Part shown: positions 1 to 8,845 of the stretch, one piece after another
Numbering within the stretch: the stretch's first letter is position 1
Layout of the letters: each line of letters begins with the position of its first letter
IMG/VR virus record: IMGVR_UViG_3300025767_000026
Span: 1-54,392 of that record
DNA length: 54,392 bases
Strand: one strand, 5' to 3'
DNA from: a virus
Taxonomy: Duplodnaviria > Caudoviricetes
The notes under the pieces: model-generated
Seen by the model: only the letters and a program-made list of their open reading frames with translations
What the model was told of the DNA's origin: nothing
Databases searched by the model: none
Made by a program: the position numbers and the translations under genes

Positions 1-735
1 GAACAGAAAGATGAAATATTACAAAAGCTAGACAACGACGAGCATTACTATGGCGAGTTTGGTAAGCAGTTTTTATCCAACTCTGACATTAAGACTCTTT
101 TAGAGGATCCGCTTAATTTTAAGCAGTCTATGGGCGACAACAATCCTAACCTTATAAAAGGATCTTATTTTCACACCTTAGTACTTGAGCCAGACAAGTT
201 AGAACGATATAAGATTATCGATGCTTCAACCCGTAATACTACTAAGTATAAAGAACTATCTGGTGGTGAGATGTGCCTGCTTGAAAAAGAAGCAGATGAG
301 CTTCAGGTCTTGAGAGATAAACTTATGGCGTGTGATGCGTCAAGAGATCTGATCCAAGACATCGATGTGAGCTACGAAGTGCCCGGAGTGTTTGAGCTTG
401 AGGGTGAGTGGTGGAAAATGAAGGCTGATATTGTAAATAGAACTCAAGGTTATGTAGTGGATTTAAAAACCACAGCAGACATTGATAAGTTTTCTAGGTC
501 TGCTCAAATGTATAACTATGACAGCCAAGCCTACATATACTCCACGTATTTTAATATGGATTTTTTATTCATAGCGGTGTGTAAAAAGTCTCAGAAAATT
601 GGTATCTTTGATTGTTCCCCTCAATTTTTAGAGCGGGGTAAAGATAAGGTAGAGAGAGCAGTAGAACAATATAGATTGTTTTATAAGGATGAAAACTTTG
701 ATCCAACGCAGTATTTTATATCTAAAACTTTATAA
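1..735 (+). CDS. RecE/exonuclease VIII-like PD-(D/E)XK nuclease (DUF3799-like), 5' end outside window
   Basis: Frame is open from base 1 (EQKDEILQKLDNDEHYYGEFGKQFLSNSDIKTLL...), upstream of the tracked ATG at 130. Motifs GSYFHTLVLEP, KADIV, VVDLKTT and YNYDSQAYIY fit the RecE-like family. Confidence 0.85.
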   Translation, partial: EQKDEILQKLDNDEHYYGEFGKQFLSNSDIKTLLEDPLNFKQSMGDNNPNLIKGSYFHTLVLEPDKLERYKIIDASTRNTTKYKELSGGEMCLLEKEADELQVLRDKLMACDASRDLIQDIDVSYEVPGVFELEGEWWKMKADIVNRTQGYVVDLKTTADIDKFSRSAQMYNYDSQAYIYSTYFNMDFLFIAVCKKSQKIGIFDCSPQFLERGKDKVERAVEQYRLFYKDENFDPTQYFISKTL

Positions 736-761
736 ATTAAATTAACTTAAAACTAGAAATT

Positions 762-1076
762 ATGGCAAGTATTATCAAAACAAGTATTGATCTATCTAAA
801 ATTGATAAATCAAAAATCATCAAAGGAAAGAAAGGCCAGTACCTTCCTATCACGATTACCCTCAACGACGAGGTAGATCAGTTTGGAAACAACGGTCCAA
901 TCATTATGGAACAATCAAAAGAAGAGCGCGAAGCAAAAGCCCAAAAAATCTATCTTGGCAACGTGCAAGTTGTTTGGACTAACGGGCAGAACGTAGATGC
1001 AGCTCCTCGTAAAGACGCAGGTCAACCACAACGACAAGCAGCACCACAAGTTGTTGAGGACGACCTTCCGTTCTAA
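762..1076 (+). CDS. Putative single-stranded DNA-binding protein
   Basis: Small beta-rich protein with Q/P linker and acidic C-terminal EDDLPF tail typical of SSBs; lies between exonuclease and primase-helicase. Confidence 0.75.
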   Translation: MASIIKTSIDLSKIDKSKIIKGKKGQYLPITITLNDEVDQFGNNGPIIMEQSKEEREAKAQKIYLGNVQVVWTNGQNVDAAPRKDAGQPQRQAAPQVVEDDLPF

Positions 1077-1168
1077 TGAAATGTGAATTTTGCGGGAATG
1101 TCATGAAAGTACAAGATTACGACTTTTGTGACATATGCCCAGACTGTTTAGAAGACTCTAACTATTAA
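1076..1168 (+). CDS. 30-aa cysteine-rich (zinc-ribbon-like) microprotein, not in ORF track
   Basis: Manual translation MKCEFCGNVMKVQDYDFCDICPDCLEDSNY*; ATG overlaps the SSB stop (TAATG) and the ORF fills the gap before the primase. Confidence 0.7.
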   Translation: MKCEFCGNVMKVQDYDFCDICPDCLEDSNY

Positions 1169-1182
1169 ATTAAATTAAATCA

Positions 1183-2898
1183 ATGCAAGTAAATAATACA
1201 GAGATCAATGGATTCTTGATTGACAAGTTCAATCAACACGATCTAGAAGCTGGACAAAAACAAGGAATCTGCCCCTTGTGTTCACCTGACAGAAAACCCA
1301 AGAATGCAAAAGCAAAGTGCGCTTCTTATGATTGGGAACGTGGTCTCGGTACTTGCCACAATTGTAGTAAATCATTTCAGTTACACACATATCAGCGTAA
1401 AGGTGCTTCAGAAAGAGAATATGTTCGGCCTGAAGCCCTTGAATTAGCTGACAGCGTTGATGTTAAAGTGCTGGGATGGTTTGCCACAAGAGGGATATCT
1501 CAGGAAACTGTTGCTAGTCTAGGTATTAGCAACGGTCCTGAGTATATGCCGCAAACCGGTAAAACCGAGAATGTCATAAAGTTTAATTATTTCATGGGCG
1601 ACCAACTTATTAATATTAAGTATCGCGATGGAAGAAAGAACTTTAAATTATATAAAGGCGCTGAAAAAGTCTTTTATAATATTAACAGCGTAGTAGGCTT
1701 CGATTACTGCGTAATAGTAGAGGGCGAAATGGATGTCCTTGCTATACACGAGTCTGGCATAACAAATGTCATCTCAGTGCCGAATGGTGCTACATTAAAT
1801 ACTAATAACTTAGAATACCTAGATAATTGTATTGATTATTTTGAGGACAAGCAAAGAATAATCATTGCAGTTGATTCAGATGAAGCCGGCCAAGCATTGC
1901 AATCAGAGTTAGTTCGACGACTAGGCTCCGAGATGTGTTACTTAGCTAGCTTTGAAGATTGTAAAGACGCTAACGAATACTTATTAAAACATGGAAAAGA
2001 AAAATTGGCGCAGCGTATTGCCGGAGCAAGACCAGTACCACTCGAAAATGTTACGACGTTCAAAGATGTGGAAGACGAAGTCACGGACTTTGTCCGAAAC
2101 GGTTTCAAACCTGGCTATCAAGTGGGTTTGGCCAATTTTGATAGCATCTTTTCTACTTATACTGGCCAATTCATTACTGTTACTGGCATTCCAAGCTCTG
2201 GTAAATCAGATTTCGTAGACCAGATGGTTGTTGGATACAACCAAAACTATGGATGGAAAACAGCTTACGCTTCCCCAGAAAATCAACCTACTTATTTACA
2301 TGCCCACAAGCTGATGCGCAAGGTATGGCAAGATATGCCAAAAGCGGAAGACATATACTCCGACCAATGGAATCAAATAGCTGATCACGTTAACAGCAAT
2401 TTCTTTTTCATTGACATGGAGCGTTATACGTTGGACGCTGTTTTGCGCAAAGGCGCAGAGCTGGTTAAGCGCAAGGGTATTAAGTGCTTGGTAATCGATC
2501 CTTTTAATAAAGTGCGAGCGCAAGACGCTTCAGGTGATGTCAACGTCTATACATTAGAGTATCTAAGTAAGATAGAGATCTTCGCTAAAAAGTATGATGT
2601 ACTTGTTATTGTTGTTGCCCACCCTACTAAAATGTATAAGGGAGCTGACGGCAAGATTGAAGAGCCAACCATGTACAATATCAAAGGCGGCGGCGAATGG
2701 TATGATGCTTCATATCACGGGCTATTGGTTCACAGGGATTACGAAGCTAAGACTGTTAAGGTCAAAGTGCTTAAGGTTAAGTTCCAAAACCTTGGAGAGA
2801 ATGGCGCAGAAGCTCATTTTAAATGGGAACATAAGTCAGGATGCTTTGTACCGCATGAGCAAATAAATATTGGCGATGATAAGATGCCCTGGGAATAG
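1183..2898 (+). CDS. T7 gp4/Twinkle-like primase-helicase
   Basis: N-terminal Zn finger (CPLC...CHNC), TOPRIM (IVEGEMD, VSVPNGA, DSDEAG, KDANE), SF4 helicase Walker A GIPSSGKS, Walker B LVIDP, VAHP. Confidence 0.95.
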   Translation: MQVNNTEINGFLIDKFNQHDLEAGQKQGICPLCSPDRKPKNAKAKCASYDWERGLGTCHNCSKSFQLHTYQRKGASEREYVRPEALELADSVDVKVLGWFATRGISQETVASLGISNGPEYMPQTGKTENVIKFNYFMGDQLINIKYRDGRKNFKLYKGAEKVFYNINSVVGFDYCVIVEGEMDVLAIHESGITNVISVPNGATLNTNNLEYLDNCIDYFEDKQRIIIAVDSDEAGQALQSELVRRLGSEMCYLASFEDCKDANEYLLKHGKEKLAQRIAGARPVPLENVTTFKDVEDEVTDFVRNGFKPGYQVGLANFDSIFSTYTGQFITVTGIPSSGKSDFVDQMVVGYNQNYGWKTAYASPENQPTYLHAHKLMRKVWQDMPKAEDIYSDQWNQIADHVNSNFFFIDMERYTLDAVLRKGAELVKRKGIKCLVIDPFNKVRAQDASGDVNVYTLEYLSKIEIFAKKYDVLVIVVAHPTKMYKGADGKIEEPTMYNIKGGGEWYDASYHGLLVHRDYEAKTVKVKVLKVKFQNLGENGAEAHFKWEHKSGCFVPHEQINIGDDKMPWE

Positions 2899-3171
2899 AT
2901 GGGTAGCGGCACAAAAAATAAGAAAGGTAAACTAATGGGCAATTACACGCCCACGCCGGAGGAAGAACAAGCTTTTATGTGGTGTGTTAGAAACGGCATT
3001 AGAATATCTCCTTTGGCTGCTACGCGAGGAACCCCAACTGAATGGCATATAGTTATTGAAACCAATAACAAAAAATCCGTAAGCCCTGAATCATATGGGC
3101 CTGGGTTAATATGGGAAAAGTTACACGAGTTTTTTACTTATTATTATGAGAAATATAGAGAAAGAATATAA
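2899..3171 (+). CDS. Hypothetical protein
   Basis: 90-aa ORF abutting the primase stop and overlapping the thyA start; no recognised motif. Confidence 0.7.
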   Translation: MGSGTKNKKGKLMGNYTPTPEEEQAFMWCVRNGIRISPLAATRGTPTEWHIVIETNNKKSVSPESYGPGLIWEKLHEFFTYYYEKYRERI

Positions 3172-3961
3172 AGAGCTATTGTCACAGGTTTTAGAAGCCG
3201 ATGACAAGCCAGATCGCACGGGGGTCGGAACAAGATCTATATTCGGTGCAACTATTGCTCACGACATGGATCTTAACTTTCCACTGCTTACCGGCAAAAA
3301 AGTTTCTTTTAATGCAGCAAGAACAGAATTGCTTTGGATACTCAACGGCAGAACTGACTTAAAGTATTTAGAAGATAACGGCGTTAAGTATTGGAGGCCG
3401 GACTATGAGCGATCAGGCAGAACTGACGGCACGCTTGGCCCGGTGTATGGAAAACAATGGCGTGATTTTAACGGCGTAGATCAGCTGCAGAATCTTGTGC
3501 ATAGCATTAAGCGCGATCCTAGCTCAAGGCGCCTTATGATCAGCGCATGGGCTCCGCATGAGATGCATGATATGGCATTGCCTCCTTGCCATCACGCTTT
3601 CCAAGTTTATATAAATAACGGGAAAATGGATTTGTTGTGGATGCAGCGATCTGCCGACTTGTTTCTTGGTTTGCCTTATGACATTGCAATGTATGGCTTA
3701 TTACTAGAGATGCTAGCTAAAGGCGCTGGGTACAAACCTGGAAGATTGATTGCTCAGTTAGGTGATTGCCACCTATACAATAATCATATTGATCAAGCAA
3801 AGTTATATATTTCTAACGGCATTAGAGTAATGCCTAAGCTTATATTAGATAAGGGTATTGATGCAACGTGCTCTATACCGGAGGCAAGCGACATAAGAAT
3901 ATGGGGCTATGACCCATACCCAGCGATTAAAGCTGAAATTAATGTAGGAACAACTAACTAA
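3146..3961 (+). CDS. thyA: Thymidylate synthase
   Basis: DRTGVGT, ELLW, LGPVYGKQWR, SRR, MALPPCH (catalytic Cys), QRSADLFLGLP, GDCHLYNNH. Confidence 0.97.
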   Translation: MRNIEKEYKELLSQVLEADDKPDRTGVGTRSIFGATIAHDMDLNFPLLTGKKVSFNAARTELLWILNGRTDLKYLEDNGVKYWRPDYERSGRTDGTLGPVYGKQWRDFNGVDQLQNLVHSIKRDPSSRRLMISAWAPHEMHDMALPPCHHAFQVYINNGKMDLLWMQRSADLFLGLPYDIAMYGLLLEMLAKGAGYKPGRLIAQLGDCHLYNNHIDQAKLYISNGIRVMPKLILDKGIDATCSIPEASDIRIWGYDPYPAIKAEINVGTTN

Positions 3962-3972
3962 AATTAAAAAAA

Positions 3973-4776
3973 ATGTATTATATTTATCACATACCAAATA
4001 AAAAGATTGGCGTTACACGTGATCTTAATAAACGGGTTACTGTAACGCAAGGATACAAGGAGGGTGAATACGAAGTTCTAGATTCTAGTGAAGATATTAA
4101 TTATATATCTTACAAAGAATTAGAGCTTCAACTACTCTACGGGTATAAGATTGATAATCAATTATATAAAAATTTATTTAATAATAAAAAGAAACCAATG
4201 TTACTAAACGCCACAGACGCCACTACTACTTTCCCGTGTCCGCTTAATAAGCTTAAGGGGCAGCTCATGGATGTTAAAGGATTATCCTGGCATACGCCGG
4301 AAGGCCATGAGTTTGAAATTAACGAAGCAACCATTCCTTGGATATTAGCCAACGCCAAAGTGTCAATGTATGATAAGACTCGGTCTTATATATACAACAA
4401 GGCTTTCTATGAGGCTTTTGCAGAAGACACTGCTGATAACAATGTTTATGACAACATCCGCGAATGGGCATTCCAGCGTGGATTATATGACAAAGGCGAT
4501 TCAAACACACAATATCTTAAGCTAATGGAAGAGGCTGGGGAACTAGCTCAAGCATTATTAAAGAAAAACAAAAACGAAATTATCGATGCTATCGGTGATA
4601 TAGTTGTTGTGTTGACTAACCTAGCGCATATGGAAGACTTAGCGATTGAAGCCTGCATTGATGCTGCTTATGATGAGATTAAAAATCGTAAAGGCGCAAT
4701 GGTAAACGGCACTTTTGTAAAACAACAATCGTTCCCAAGCGGAACTACTGATCACTGGAAAAAAGTAACACTATGA
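3973..4776 (+). CDS. Fusion of N-terminal GIY-YIG-like domain, unknown middle domain and C-terminal MazG-like NTP pyrophosphohydrolase
   Basis: C-terminal KLMEEAGELAQA...DAIGDIVVVL...AYDEIKNRKG is a MazG pattern. N-terminal YYIYHI..KIGVT..L.KR resembles GIY-YIG (weaker call). Confidence 0.8.
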   Translation: MYYIYHIPNKKIGVTRDLNKRVTVTQGYKEGEYEVLDSSEDINYISYKELELQLLYGYKIDNQLYKNLFNNKKKPMLLNATDATTTFPCPLNKLKGQLMDVKGLSWHTPEGHEFEINEATIPWILANAKVSMYDKTRSYIYNKAFYEAFAEDTADNNVYDNIREWAFQRGLYDKGDSNTQYLKLMEEAGELAQALLKKNKNEIIDAIGDIVVVLTNLAHMEDLAIEACIDAAYDEIKNRKGAMVNGTFVKQQSFPSGTTDHWKKVTL

Positions 4777-5012
4777 GAGACAAAGTAATTAAACAAGTAG
4801 TAGATAAGATCATGAGCCGATCTGATGTAGGCTTTAAAAAGTATGGCGTAACGCTACACGAAGACGATCAATCTCTTGACACTTGGCTGAATCATTTGCA
4901 AGAAGAGCTTATGGATGCTGTAAATTATATTGAGAAAGCACGAATGGTGTTGCGTGATGAAGTTGAAGATTGTTACATAAGAGATCAAAACGATGCGGAG
5001 AAAGAGATCTAA
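4773..5012 (+). CDS. Small all-alpha phage protein, probable MazG/dUTPase-fold relative
   Basis: RSDVGFKKYGVTL...WLNHLQEELMDAVNY with an EExxD acidic helix; ATGA coupling to the previous gene. Confidence 0.65.
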   Translation: MRDKVIKQVVDKIMSRSDVGFKKYGVTLHEDDQSLDTWLNHLQEELMDAVNYIEKARMVLRDEVEDCYIRDQNDAEKEI

Positions 5013-5442
5013 AAAGAAAGGACCAGTACAGGCAAAGCGGATAACGTATGACGGGATAAACTTTGCTTCGGGCCTTGAGAGATACATGTACATGGCTTTG
5101 AAGAAAGCTAAAATTAGCGCTGAATACGAGGGCACAACGTTTGAGCTTTTACCAGCGTTTGATTTTGTAAATGAATCAATAGAGCGCCAATCAAATGGCA
5201 AAGGCGAATATAGAAACCGTGGCTGCAAAAAAATATTAAACATTAAATATACGCCGGATTTTGTAGCGGATGATTTTATAATTGAGTGCAAAGGAAGAGC
5301 CAACGAATCGTTTCCAATTAGATGGAAGTTATTTAAAAAGTGGTTGTGTGACAACAACGACAATAGGGTGTTATATAAACCACAAAATCAAACAGAATGC
5401 GACAAGACAATCGACATGATCCGGTTAGCCAGAAAAAGCTAG
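4993..5442 (+). CDS. T7 endonuclease I-like Holliday junction resolvase
   Basis: FASGLE...YE...YTPDF...IIECKG pattern of endonuclease I. Confidence 0.85.
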   Translation: MRRKRSKKKGPVQAKRITYDGINFASGLERYMYMALKKAKISAEYEGTTFELLPAFDFVNESIERQSNGKGEYRNRGCKKILNIKYTPDFVADDFIIECKGRANESFPIRWKLFKKWLCDNNDNRVLYKPQNQTECDKTIDMIRLARKS

Positions 5443-5570
5443 CTAGACAAAAATACGTCGAGCGCCAGATCGACAAGTGGGCTAGGTGGTCTATGGCTAC
5501 CAGAGGCCGGATTAAGTTCAAAGAACTTGTAGAGATACAGGATAAATATAATATCAAATGTTATGGCTAA
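5397..5570 (+). CDS. 57-aa hypothetical basic protein, not in ORF track
   Basis: Manual translation MRQDNRHDPVSQKKLARQKYVERQIDKWARWSMATRGRIKFKELVEIQDKYNIKCYG*; overlaps both neighbours; start uncertain. Confidence 0.55.
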   Translation: MRQDNRHDPVSQKKLARQKYVERQIDKWARWSMATRGRIKFKELVEIQDKYNIKCYG

Positions 5571-5703
5571 AACAAAAACAATCAGCATTGTTACGTATAA
5601 GAAAGTAACGAAAAGAAGACCAGGCGTTCACGCAAAAACTAAAAATAGTAACTCTAAAACAAGCAAAAATTATGTCAAAAAATATGCAGGACAAGGAAGA
5701 TAA
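5563..5703 (+). CDS. 46-aa lysine-rich microprotein ending KKYAGQGR, not in ORF track
   Basis: Manual translation MAKTKTISIVTYKKVTKRRPGVHAKTKNSNSKTSKNYVKKYAGQGR*; the C-terminal KxYxGQGR signature is recalled from small proteins of aquatic phages. Confidence 0.75.
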   Translation: MAKTKTISIVTYKKVTKRRPGVHAKTKNSNSKTSKNYVKKYAGQGR

Positions 5704-5833
5704 GGGCTGGACAATACAACTAGGAGTATATCCTGGGGTTGTATTTGGCTTTAGAACATACAACAACGAAGATTCAACAATCCACGTGCTATACGTGCCA
5801 TTTTTTGATGTGGCTGTTATAATAGATAAGTAA
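5672..5833 (+). CDS. About 50-aa hydrophobic beta-rich microprotein, not in ORF track
   Basis: Manual translation MSKNMQDKEDKGWTIQLGVYPGVVFGFRTYNNEDSTIHVLYVPFFDVAVIIDK*; alternative start at 5684; stop overlaps the nrdB ATG (TAATG). Confidence 0.65.
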   Translation: MSKNMQDKEDKGWTIQLGVYPGVVFGFRTYNNEDSTIHVLYVPFFDVAVIIDK

Positions 5834-6801
5834 TGGGATTATTTGACGAGAGGATAGCTTATAAGCCCTTTGAATACCCTGATTATTACACAGAGGGTTG
5901 GCTAAAGCAAGCGCAGGCATTTTGGCTGCACACAGAGATCTCAATGCAATCAGATATTAAAGACTGGAATGAAAAACTCACCCCAAAAGAAAAAAGCCTT
6001 GTTGGAAACATTTTACTTGGCTTCGCTCAGACAGAATGTGCAGTGTCCGATTATTGGACCCAAAAAGTGGTATCTTGGTTTCCGAAACATGAGATAAAAC
6101 AAATGGCTATGATGTTTGGTAGCCAAGAGACAGTACACGCTGTAGCGTACAGCTACTTGAATGAAACATTAGGACTAGAAGATTATGAAGCGTTTTTACA
6201 CGAGCCTGCAACGGCTGATAGGTTCGAAAACCTGGTGGCATACGACGGGGAATCCCATATTGGAATTGCTCGTTCTCTTGCTGTTTTTAGTGCTTTTGCG
6301 GAAGGAGTTAGCCTTTATAGCGCTTTTGCTGTATTATATTCTTTTCAAATGAGAAATCTTTTGAAAGGTATTGGGCAGCAAATGAAGTGGAGCGTTCGTG
6401 ACGAGTCATTACACAGTAAGATGGGCTGTCAGTTGTTTCGCCATATGTGCGAAGAGAACAATCAACTAGCGCATCTATGCAAGGCTGATATAATCAAAGC
6501 GGCTGAGACAATGGTTGATCTCGAGATTAAATACATTGATAAGATGTTTGAGATGGGGGATATCGAAGGTATATCTGCTAATGACTTAAAGCATTTTATA
6601 AAAAAGAGAGCAAATGAAAAACTCGTGGAACTTGGTTATGCCGATTTATCTGGGCATTTTGTTTTTAACGGAGCTGCTGCCAGTAATCTTGATTGGTTTT
6701 ATCACCTCACTGGCGGGCACACTCATACTGATTTCTTCGCTATTAGGTCTACGGATTACAGTAAAGCGGGCGAAAACGAGGATTTTGAAGATATTTGGTA
6801 A
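5833..6801 (+). CDS. nrdB: Class I ribonucleotide reductase beta subunit
   Basis: YKPFEYP, FW..TEI, E..H...Y (QETVHAVAYS), AEGVSLYSAF, RDESLH, C-terminal DFF...DY. Confidence 0.96.
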   Translation: MGLFDERIAYKPFEYPDYYTEGWLKQAQAFWLHTEISMQSDIKDWNEKLTPKEKSLVGNILLGFAQTECAVSDYWTQKVVSWFPKHEIKQMAMMFGSQETVHAVAYSYLNETLGLEDYEAFLHEPATADRFENLVAYDGESHIGIARSLAVFSAFAEGVSLYSAFAVLYSFQMRNLLKGIGQQMKWSVRDESLHSKMGCQLFRHMCEENNQLAHLCKADIIKAAETMVDLEIKYIDKMFEMGDIEGISANDLKHFIKKRANEKLVELGYADLSGHFVFNGAAASNLDWFYHLTGGHTHTDFFAIRSTDYSKAGENEDFEDIW

Positions 6802-6813
6802 TAAAAAAAAGAT

Positions 6814-7038
6814 ATGAAAGGACAAAAACAAAGCAAGGCAGACTTGCACGACAAACAAATCAAAGCTATTGTTAATACTTTGAAAAACATAATTGGAGAA
6901 CTAGATAATATTCGTAACTTATCGGTTGGCACATTAGAAACTGTAAAGCTTATGTCTGGTTATCAATCGGCATTAATGCAGCTACAAGAACAAATGAAGG
7001 AAGAAGCTAAAGGAAAGGAAGAAGAAAATGTGGGATAA
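6814..7038 (+). CDS. Hypothetical helical protein between nrdB and nrdA
   Basis: 74-aa ORF with A-rich leader, overlapping the nrdA start. Confidence 0.7.
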   Translation: MKGQKQSKADLHDKQIKAIVNTLKNIIGELDNIRNLSVGTLETVKLMSGYQSALMQLQEQMKEEAKGKEEENVG

Positions 7039-8746
7039 TGATTGGATCAAGGGTGAGGATTACCCTGAATGGGGTAACACGGACGTTTACAAGAAAACAA
7101 TCGCTGGAGGTTATCTTCTTTCTGGGGAAACTCCTCGTGCTGCTTATATGCGCGTTGCTAGCAGCGTCGCTCGCAGGCTTTATAAGCCTGAGTTAGCGGA
7201 GGTTTTCTTTGATTATATCTGGAAAGGCTGGCTATGCTTAGCTTCACCAGTATTATCTAATACAGGTACCGACAGGGGTTTGCCTATTAGTTGCTTTGGT
7301 ATCGATGTCGGAGATAGCATTCAGGAAATCGGTGGAAAGAATTTAGAAATGATGTTGCTCGCTAAGCACGGCGGTGGAGTAGGCATTGGTATTAATATGA
7401 TCAGACCCGCTGGCACTAGGATAACAGGTAACGGCACATCCGATGGAGTCGTACCATTTTGTAAAATCTATGATTCCACCATACTTGCTACGAATCAAGG
7501 CTCAGTTCGACGCGGAGCTGCTTCAGTCAATATTAACATTGAGCACAATGACTTTCTCGACTGGCTTGACATACGAGAACCTAAAGGGGACGTCAACAGA
7601 CAAAGCCTTAATCTACATCAATGCGCAGTTGTTGGCGATAAGTTTATGCGAAAGCTTGAACAAGGAGATGCGGGAGCTAGGGATCGATGGAGTAAACTAC
7701 TTAGAAAGCGAAAAGCAACTGGAGAACCGTACATACTATTTAAAGGAAATACTAATAAAGCAAATCCGCAAGCATATAAAGCCAACGGACTAAAGGTACA
7801 TATGACTAACATATGTAGTGAGATTACATTACACACAGATGAGAATCATAGCTTTGTTTGCTGCTTGTCATCATTAAATCTAGCAAAATATGAAGAATGG
7901 AAGGACACTAACCTTATATATGACGCTATCTGGTTTCTTGATGGAGTTATGGAGGAATTTATTCAAAGAGCCAAAGGTTTACGTGGGTTCGAGAACGCTG
8001 TTCGATCTGCGCAACGCGGGAGAGCGTTGGGACTGGGAGTACTCGGATGGCACACATATCTCCAAGAGAAAGGCCTTCCTTTCGAAGGCTTACTGGCTCA
8101 GTTTGAAACTCGGAAGATTTTTTCGCAGTTCAAGATTGAAAGCGAACGAGCCTCAATGGCTTTGGCAGAAACTTACGGCGAACCTCTTTGGTGTGTCGGT
8201 ACTGGCTTACGTAATACTCATTTACGCGCAATCGCGCCCACTGTTAGTAACTCTAAGTTGTCTGGTAACATATCGCCTGGCATTGAACCTTGGGCGGCTA
8301 ACGTATTCACTGAACAAAGCGCGAAAGGCACGTTCATCAGAAAAAACCCAACATTAGTTAAACTCTTAAAAAAACACAAATTAAATACAAATGAAATCTG
8401 GGATAAAATCCTGGCTGACGGCGGTTCGGTTCAGGATATCAGTGAGCTGGATAATATACAAATGGCGCACGAAGTTACTGCTAAAGAAGTTTTCAAAACT
8501 TTTAAAGAAATTAATCAACTTGAATTGGTTAATCAGGCGGGGATAAGGCAACAGTACGTAGATCAGTCAGTTAGCTTGAATTTGGCTTTCCCTAGTGAAG
8601 CAACCCCGAAGTGGATTAATCAAGTTCACATGGAAGCGTGGAAGAAGGGTATTAAAACATTATATTATGTTCGCACAGAATCAGTATTGAGAGGAGATAT
8701 TGCTGCATTAGCAATGGACCCAAACTGTTTATCTTGTGATGGATAA
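7028..8746 (+). CDS. nrdA: Class I ribonucleotide reductase alpha subunit, compact and without ATP cone
   Basis: SPVLSN, PISCF, GGGVG, TNICSEI (thiyl Cys), CCLSSLN, AIAPT, DQSVSLN, KTLYY, C-terminal CLSCDG. Confidence 0.96.
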   Translation: MWDNDWIKGEDYPEWGNTDVYKKTIAGGYLLSGETPRAAYMRVASSVARRLYKPELAEVFFDYIWKGWLCLASPVLSNTGTDRGLPISCFGIDVGDSIQEIGGKNLEMMLLAKHGGGVGIGINMIRPAGTRITGNGTSDGVVPFCKIYDSTILATNQGSVRRGAASVNINIEHNDFLDWLDIREPKGDVNRQSLNLHQCAVVGDKFMRKLEQGDAGARDRWSKLLRKRKATGEPYILFKGNTNKANPQAYKANGLKVHMTNICSEITLHTDENHSFVCCLSSLNLAKYEEWKDTNLIYDAIWFLDGVMEEFIQRAKGLRGFENAVRSAQRGRALGLGVLGWHTYLQEKGLPFEGLLAQFETRKIFSQFKIESERASMALAETYGEPLWCVGTGLRNTHLRAIAPTVSNSKLSGNISPGIEPWAANVFTEQSAKGTFIRKNPTLVKLLKKHKLNTNEIWDKILADGGSVQDISELDNIQMAHEVTAKEVFKTFKEINQLELVNQAGIRQQYVDQSVSLNLAFPSEATPKWINQVHMEAWKKGIKTLYYVRTESVLRGDIAALAMDPNCLSCDG

Positions 8747-8780
8747 AAGTTATAACCATTTGATTGTTATAATAACTTTT
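8745..8780. repeat. AT-rich imperfect inverted repeat
   Basis: AAAAGTTAT (8745-8753) and ATAACTTTT (8772-8780) are perfect 9-bp arms. Confidence 0.6.
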
Positions 8781-8808
8781 AGTTAGTTAGGTTAGTTAGT
8801 TTAGTTTG
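8779..8808. repeat. Short tandem TTAG/GTTA repeat tract
   Basis: ttagttagttaggttagttagtttagtttg read directly from the sequence. Confidence 0.7.
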
Positions 8809-8809
8809 T

Positions 8810-8845
8810 AAGAGCGGTAGCGAAAGTTGCCGCTTTTATTTTTTC
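8810..8845 (+). terminator. Rho-independent terminator at the convergence of the two genome arms
   Basis: GAGCGGTAGC-GAAA-GTTGCCGCTT stem-loop followed by TTATTTTTT; downstream of nrdA and abutting the last minus-strand stop. Confidence 0.85.

Noticed and set aside
1984-8357. Alternative-frame and antisense ORFs inside primase, endonuclease and nrd genes (e.g. 4854-5363, 5554-5766, 7443-7793, 7890-8357)
   Set aside because: They overlap well-supported genes and have no recognisable features; 5397-5833 is better explained by three coupled + strand microgenes.
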